From NCBI GenBank assembly GCA_000004695.1, contig CM000154.2, forward strand, positions 3,392,001-3,456,000: 64,000 nt of DNA. The letters run 5' to 3'. Of this stretch, positions 60,239 to 64,000 are shown piece after piece. Position 1 is the first letter of the stretch. The number at the start of each line of letters is the position of its first letter. The notes beneath the pieces are model-generated. The model was not told the origin of the DNA. It was given only the letters and a program-made list of their open reading frames with translations, and did no database searches. Source of the DNA: Dictyostelium discoideum (taxonomy: Eukaryota). The position numbers were made by a program, and so were the translations under genes.

Positions 60239-61424
60239 AGGTGATGATGATTTTACAAGTGAAATTTTTGATTTTTTAATTGTTTGTACTGGTGTATTTT
60301 CAGAACCACAAGAATGTGGATTATATGAAAATGAATTAAAACAATTCACAGGTAAAATTATACATTCACAAGATTATAAAAATAATAATGATAGATCTGG
60401 AAAATCAATAGTTGTATTAGGTTCATCAATGTCAGCATGTGAAATTACTTCAGAAGTTTCCAAGGTAACTTCAAGATGCTATCATGTTGGTCATGAAGTA
60501 CATCATGTTTATAATAAACATTTACCATATAGAAAAAATCAAATTGCACCATTGGATTGTGTAATTTATCAGAGAAAGGAGGCATATGAAAGACAAGATT
60601 TACCAAGGGAAGAGTTTTTAAAACAAAAAAATAAAATGAATAAATTGTATTGCCCTAAACAAGATTCAGATAGATATCCAAATTCAAAGATTGCAATTGC
60701 ACCAGGATACAAATCTATGGGTTTAGTAATATCATCAGAGTATGTTACTCAATTTGAAAATGGCTCAATATCAGTATTTTGTGGTGACCAATTTACAATA
60801 TCCTCGTCGTGTGGAAAGAGTGTAACTTTTTCAAATTGTAAAGGTGATAGTCATACAGTGGAGGATATTGATGAGATTATAATTTGTAATGGATATAAAA
60901 CTGATTTATCATTTTTTGAAAAAAGTGTACTAGACGCTCTGGATTATAAACCAGAAGATACGAAAAGACCAATATTACTATACAGAAATCTATTTGCAAA
61001 AGATTTGAAAAATATTGGTTTTGCATCTTTTTTTAGAGGTTTATTCTTTTGTGAAATGGAGTTAATTACAAGATGGATGTGTTTGGTTTTTACTGGTAAT
61101 CATCCATATCCAAATTATTATCAATATAAAAATGGTATAAAAGATAGAAATTTTAAAATTAATCTTGATAATGCTCCACAATATTTAATTGCTGGGTCAA
61201 CAACTTATTGTGATTTGGTTGCATTAGAAATTGGTGTTTTACCTGATTTTGATAAATTAAAAATAACAGATCCAATATTATATGATCTCATTTGGAATGG
61301 TCATTTTACACCTGCAATATATAGATTAGTTGGACCTGGTTCAAACCCTAAACTTGCAAAAGAACTAATTGAAAAAGTAAATAACAATTATAATATTTAC
61401 ATAAAAAAAATAAATAATAAATAA
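59742..61424 (+). CDS. FMO-like protein, paralogue 3 of 4. Single exon, 560 aa, with an internal poly-N insert.
   Basis: ATG verified at 59742. The motifs are VAIIGFGPAGICS, FTGKIIHSQDYKNN and KSIVVLGSSMSACEIT. The SFSDF region is contiguous here, with no intron. Confidence 0.8.
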
Positions 61425-61667
61425 TAATTTTTTAAAAGTATGTTTTTTTTTTTTTTTTAATTATTTATTTATGTAAATATTATTTATTATTTTAATATTT
61501 CAAGATTGTTAAAATTTCTTATTTTAATTTTAGATTTTAAAAATATCTGATTTTTTTTTTTTTTAACTTTTGAAATTTTTTATTTTTGTTTTTGATTTTA
61601 AAAATATTTTTATTTTTCATTTTTTTTTTTTTTTTTTTCATCAAAAAAAAAAAAAAATTAATATGAA

Positions 61668-63281
61668 ATGATAAATAATAATAATAAAACAGTTGCAATT
61701 ATAGGATTTGGACCAGCAGGTATATGTTCAACAAAATCATCAATTGAAAATGGATTAATACCAACAGTATTTGAAATGTCATCAGAATTGGGTGGTGTTT
61801 GGAATCCTTCAATTGGAAAATGTTGGGATAATCTTACAACCAATGTCTCAAGATATGTTATGTGTTTTTCAGATTTTGATTATCATAATGATGATTATGA
61901 TATTTTTCCAAATTATAAAACAGTATATCAATATCTAATAAACTATGTGAATCATTTCCAATTAAAAAAATATGTAGAATTTAATTCAAAAGTTATTAAA
62001 GTTGAAAGAATTGATTCTGATTCCAATACTATAGTAACAACAACCTCGGAGGAAAAAGAAGAAAAAGATAAAATAATTAAAATAACTTGGATAAATAGTA
62101 ATGATAATAAAACCTATTCAAAAATATTTGATTATTTAATAGTTGCAACTGGATTATTTTCAAAACCACAAAATTCAACAATGTATGAAAATGAATTAAA
62201 ACAATTTACAGGTAAAATTATTCATTCACAAGATTATAAAAATAATGAAATTTATAAAGAAAAGAATGTTTTAGTATTAGGTTCATCAACATCAGCATGT
62301 GAAATATCAGCAGAGATATCAATGGTAACCAAGAAATGTATAATTGTGGGTCATGAAAATTCATATATCTATAGTAAACTTTTACCAAATGAAAACGGTT
62401 CAAAATTAGTACCATTAGATTCCTTACTTTTTCAAAGATCAAAATCATATGAACAACAATCATTACCAAAAGATGAATTTTCAAAATTAAAAAAACAAAT
62501 GAATTTAAAATATTGTCCAAATCAAAGTAAAGAAATTAATCCAACCTCAAAGATAATTGTAAATACACCAACTGATAAAACATTAGGATTTGTAGCATCT
62601 TCATCATATATAGAACAAGTTGAAAATGGTTTTATTTCAGTTCATTGTGGTAATGAATTCACAATAAAATCATCATCAAAGAAATCAATCAAAATTTCAA
62701 ATTGTTTAGGTGAAACTCATACAGAAGATAACATTGATTTCGTTATACTTTGTAATGGATATCAACCAGATTTATCATTTTTTGATGAAACCATATTAAA
62801 TTCAATTGATTATTTACCATCAGATTCAAAAAGACCACTTTGTTTATATAAGAATATATTTGCTCCAAATTCTAAAAATATAGCATTCATTTCATTCTTT
62901 AGAAGTTTATTTGTTGCAGAAGTTGAATTAATGTCAAGAATGATAACAATGATATTTAGTTCAAAAATTCCATATCCAACTGAATTTGAAATTAAAAATG
63001 GTTTTATAAATAGAGGAAATAATAATATTAATAATAATAATGATCCACCTTATTTTTTAGTAGCTGGTTCAACAGTTTTATGTGATCAAATTGCAAAGGA
63101 GATTGGTGTATTACCAGATTTTAAAAAATTAAAACAATCAGACCCAAAATTGTATGATCAATTATGGAATGGTTATTTCACTCCTGCGACATATCGTTTA
63201 GTTGGTAATGGTTCAAATCCAAAAGTTGCAAAAGAAATGATTGAAAAAGTTAATAAAATATATGATAAACTTTGTAATTAA
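61668..63281 (+). CDS. FMO-like protein, paralogue 4 of 4. Single exon, 537 aa.
   Basis: ATG verified at 61668. The motifs are VAIIGFGPAGICS, FTGKIIHSQDYKNNE and KNVLVLGSSTSACEIS. It is intronless, and is most similar to paralogue 3. Confidence 0.8.
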   Translation: MINNNNKTVAIIGFGPAGICSTKSSIENGLIPTVFEMSSELGGVWNPSIGKCWDNLTTNVSRYVMCFSDFDYHNDDYDIFPNYKTVYQYLINYVNHFQLKKYVEFNSKVIKVERIDSDSNTIVTTTSEEKEEKDKIIKITWINSNDNKTYSKIFDYLIVATGLFSKPQNSTMYENELKQFTGKIIHSQDYKNNEIYKEKNVLVLGSSTSACEISAEISMVTKKCIIVGHENSYIYSKLLPNENGSKLVPLDSLLFQRSKSYEQQSLPKDEFSKLKKQMNLKYCPNQSKEINPTSKIIVNTPTDKTLGFVASSSYIEQVENGFISVHCGNEFTIKSSSKKSIKISNCLGETHTEDNIDFVILCNGYQPDLSFFDETILNSIDYLPSDSKRPLCLYKNIFAPNSKNIAFISFFRSLFVAEVELMSRMITMIFSSKIPYPTEFEIKNGFINRGNNNINNNNDPPYFLVAGSTVLCDQIAKEIGVLPDFKKLKQSDPKLYDQLWNGYFTPATYRLVGNGSNPKVAKEMIEKVNKIYDKLCN

Positions 63282-63387
63282 TTTGTACTATACAAATTAA
63301 ACTAAACTAAATTATTTAATAAATAATTTTTTTTTTTTTTTATTTTTATTTTTATTTTATTTTTTTTTTTTTATTTTTTTTTTTTTT

Positions 63388-64000
63388 TTAATTATATAAA
63401 TCAATATCTTTACTCCCAACATATTCGCAAATATCATCTAAATCAAATTCTAAAACTGATAAATCACCAACTAATTGCACTATAGCCATTTCAATATCTT
63501 TTTTATTTCTTCTTCTTTCAATTAATGTTCCTATTTTTCCTTTATATTTTCCTCTAACTATAATTAAATCACCCTTTACTTTTGGTATTGCTGTTTCTAA
63601 CATACTCTGTTTAACATTCTCTACGACCACTCCATTATCAAAATGTAATGAACATAACTTTTCTCCTAAAATATCTGAAACTGTAGCTTTTTTATTATAA
63701 TATTTACCATCTCCCAATGATTTACTAATAACTTTAACTAAAATTTGTGGTCTAATCCACATAACTGAATTTGATGATGATGATGATGATGAACTTGATG
63801 TTGAATAAGATGAAGAACTTGAAGTAGATGATGATGATTTACTACTTGATGATGAATAAGATGATGAACTAGAAGAGGATGATGATGATTTACTACTTGA
63901 TGATTTACTATTGTTATTATTATTATTTGTTGTTAAATTTTTATCATAAAGTTGTAAATCAAATTTATCAACTATAACTTTTTCATCAGATTTGAAAATA
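63388..64000 (-). CDS. KIN17-like DNA/RNA-binding protein, C-terminal part. The gene continues beyond the 3' edge of the window.
   Basis: The frame stays open from 64000 down to the stop at 63388; the ORF-track start at 63762 is internal. Near the C-terminus it has WIRPQILVKVISKSLGDGKYYNKKATV...KGDLIIVRGKYKGKIGTLIERRRNKKDIEMAIVQL. This matches the tandem SH3-like/KOW region of KIN17 (WLQPGIVVKIITKKLGEKYHKKKAIV...ILVLNGGYRGNEGTLESI). A poly-Ser tract lies upstream of it. Confidence 0.65.
   Translation of the reverse strand, partial: IFKSDEKVIVDKFDLQLYDKNLTTNNNNNNSKSSSSKSSSSSSSSSSYSSSSSKSSSSTSSSSSYSTSSSSSSSSSNSVMWIRPQILVKVISKSLGDGKYYNKKATVSDILGEKLCSLHFDNGVVVENVKQSMLETAIPKVKGDLIIVRGKYKGKIGTLIERRRNKKDIEMAIVQLVGDLSVLEFDLDDICEYVGSKDIDLYN

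Overview
This window reads as dictyostelid (Dictyostelium discoideum-type) nuclear DNA. It is about 78% A+T overall, with near-pure A/T intergenic and intronic tracts. Coding regions carry in-frame (AAT)n/(CAA)n runs that translate as poly-N/poly-Q. Introns are short (70-350 nt), A/T-rich, and use GTAAGT/GTATGT/GTAAAT donors with AG acceptors. There is no prokaryotic gene structure, no rRNA, and no convincing tRNA or CRISPR array.

Gene density is high: about 25 protein-coding genes on both strands. I rebuilt most of them by hand-joining the ORF-track pieces across introns, checking splice phase in every case. Note that several 'M' starts in the ORF track are TTG/GTG codons, not ATG.

Genes recognised, left to right:
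- secreted C-type-lectin-like + IPT/TIG protein (-), runs off the 5' edge
- tomosyn/Lgl-family WD40 protein with a C-terminal R-SNARE-like motif (-)
- a ~2040-aa, 7-exon low-complexity protein (+)
- a solitary pogo/CENP-B-like HTH ORF (-)
- GT2 glycosyltransferase (-)
- secreted protein of unknown family (+)
- phospholipid scramblase (-)
- two tandem paralogous poly-N/Q proteins sharing a ~330-aa C-terminal domain (+)
- PsA-like GPI-anchored surface protein (+)
- a 5'-3' exoribonuclease (XRN) with an unusual internal zinc-knuckle + 2xRRM + UBA-like insertion and a C-terminal PITH-like domain (+)
- FNIP-repeat protein (-)
- ArsB/NhaD-superfamily permease (+)
- atg5 (+), with an apparent +1 frameshift in exon 3
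- PTEN-like phosphatase with C2 and PH domains (-)
- UDP-glucose pyrophosphorylase (-)
- alanine-glyoxylate-type class-V aminotransferase (+)
- Lunapark homologue (+)
- a tandem array of four flavin-containing-monooxygenase-like genes (+)
- the 3' part of a KIN17 homologue (-), runs off the 3' edge

Non-genic observations:
- G-box/CAE-like GC islands sit in several promoters, notably upstream of three of the four FMO-like genes and in the UGPase/aminotransferase divergent promoter.
- A ~150-bp tandem duplication lies in an intergenic GC island.
- The two 5'-most FMO-like paralogues share a near nucleotide-identical 3' end, which looks like a gene-conversion tract.
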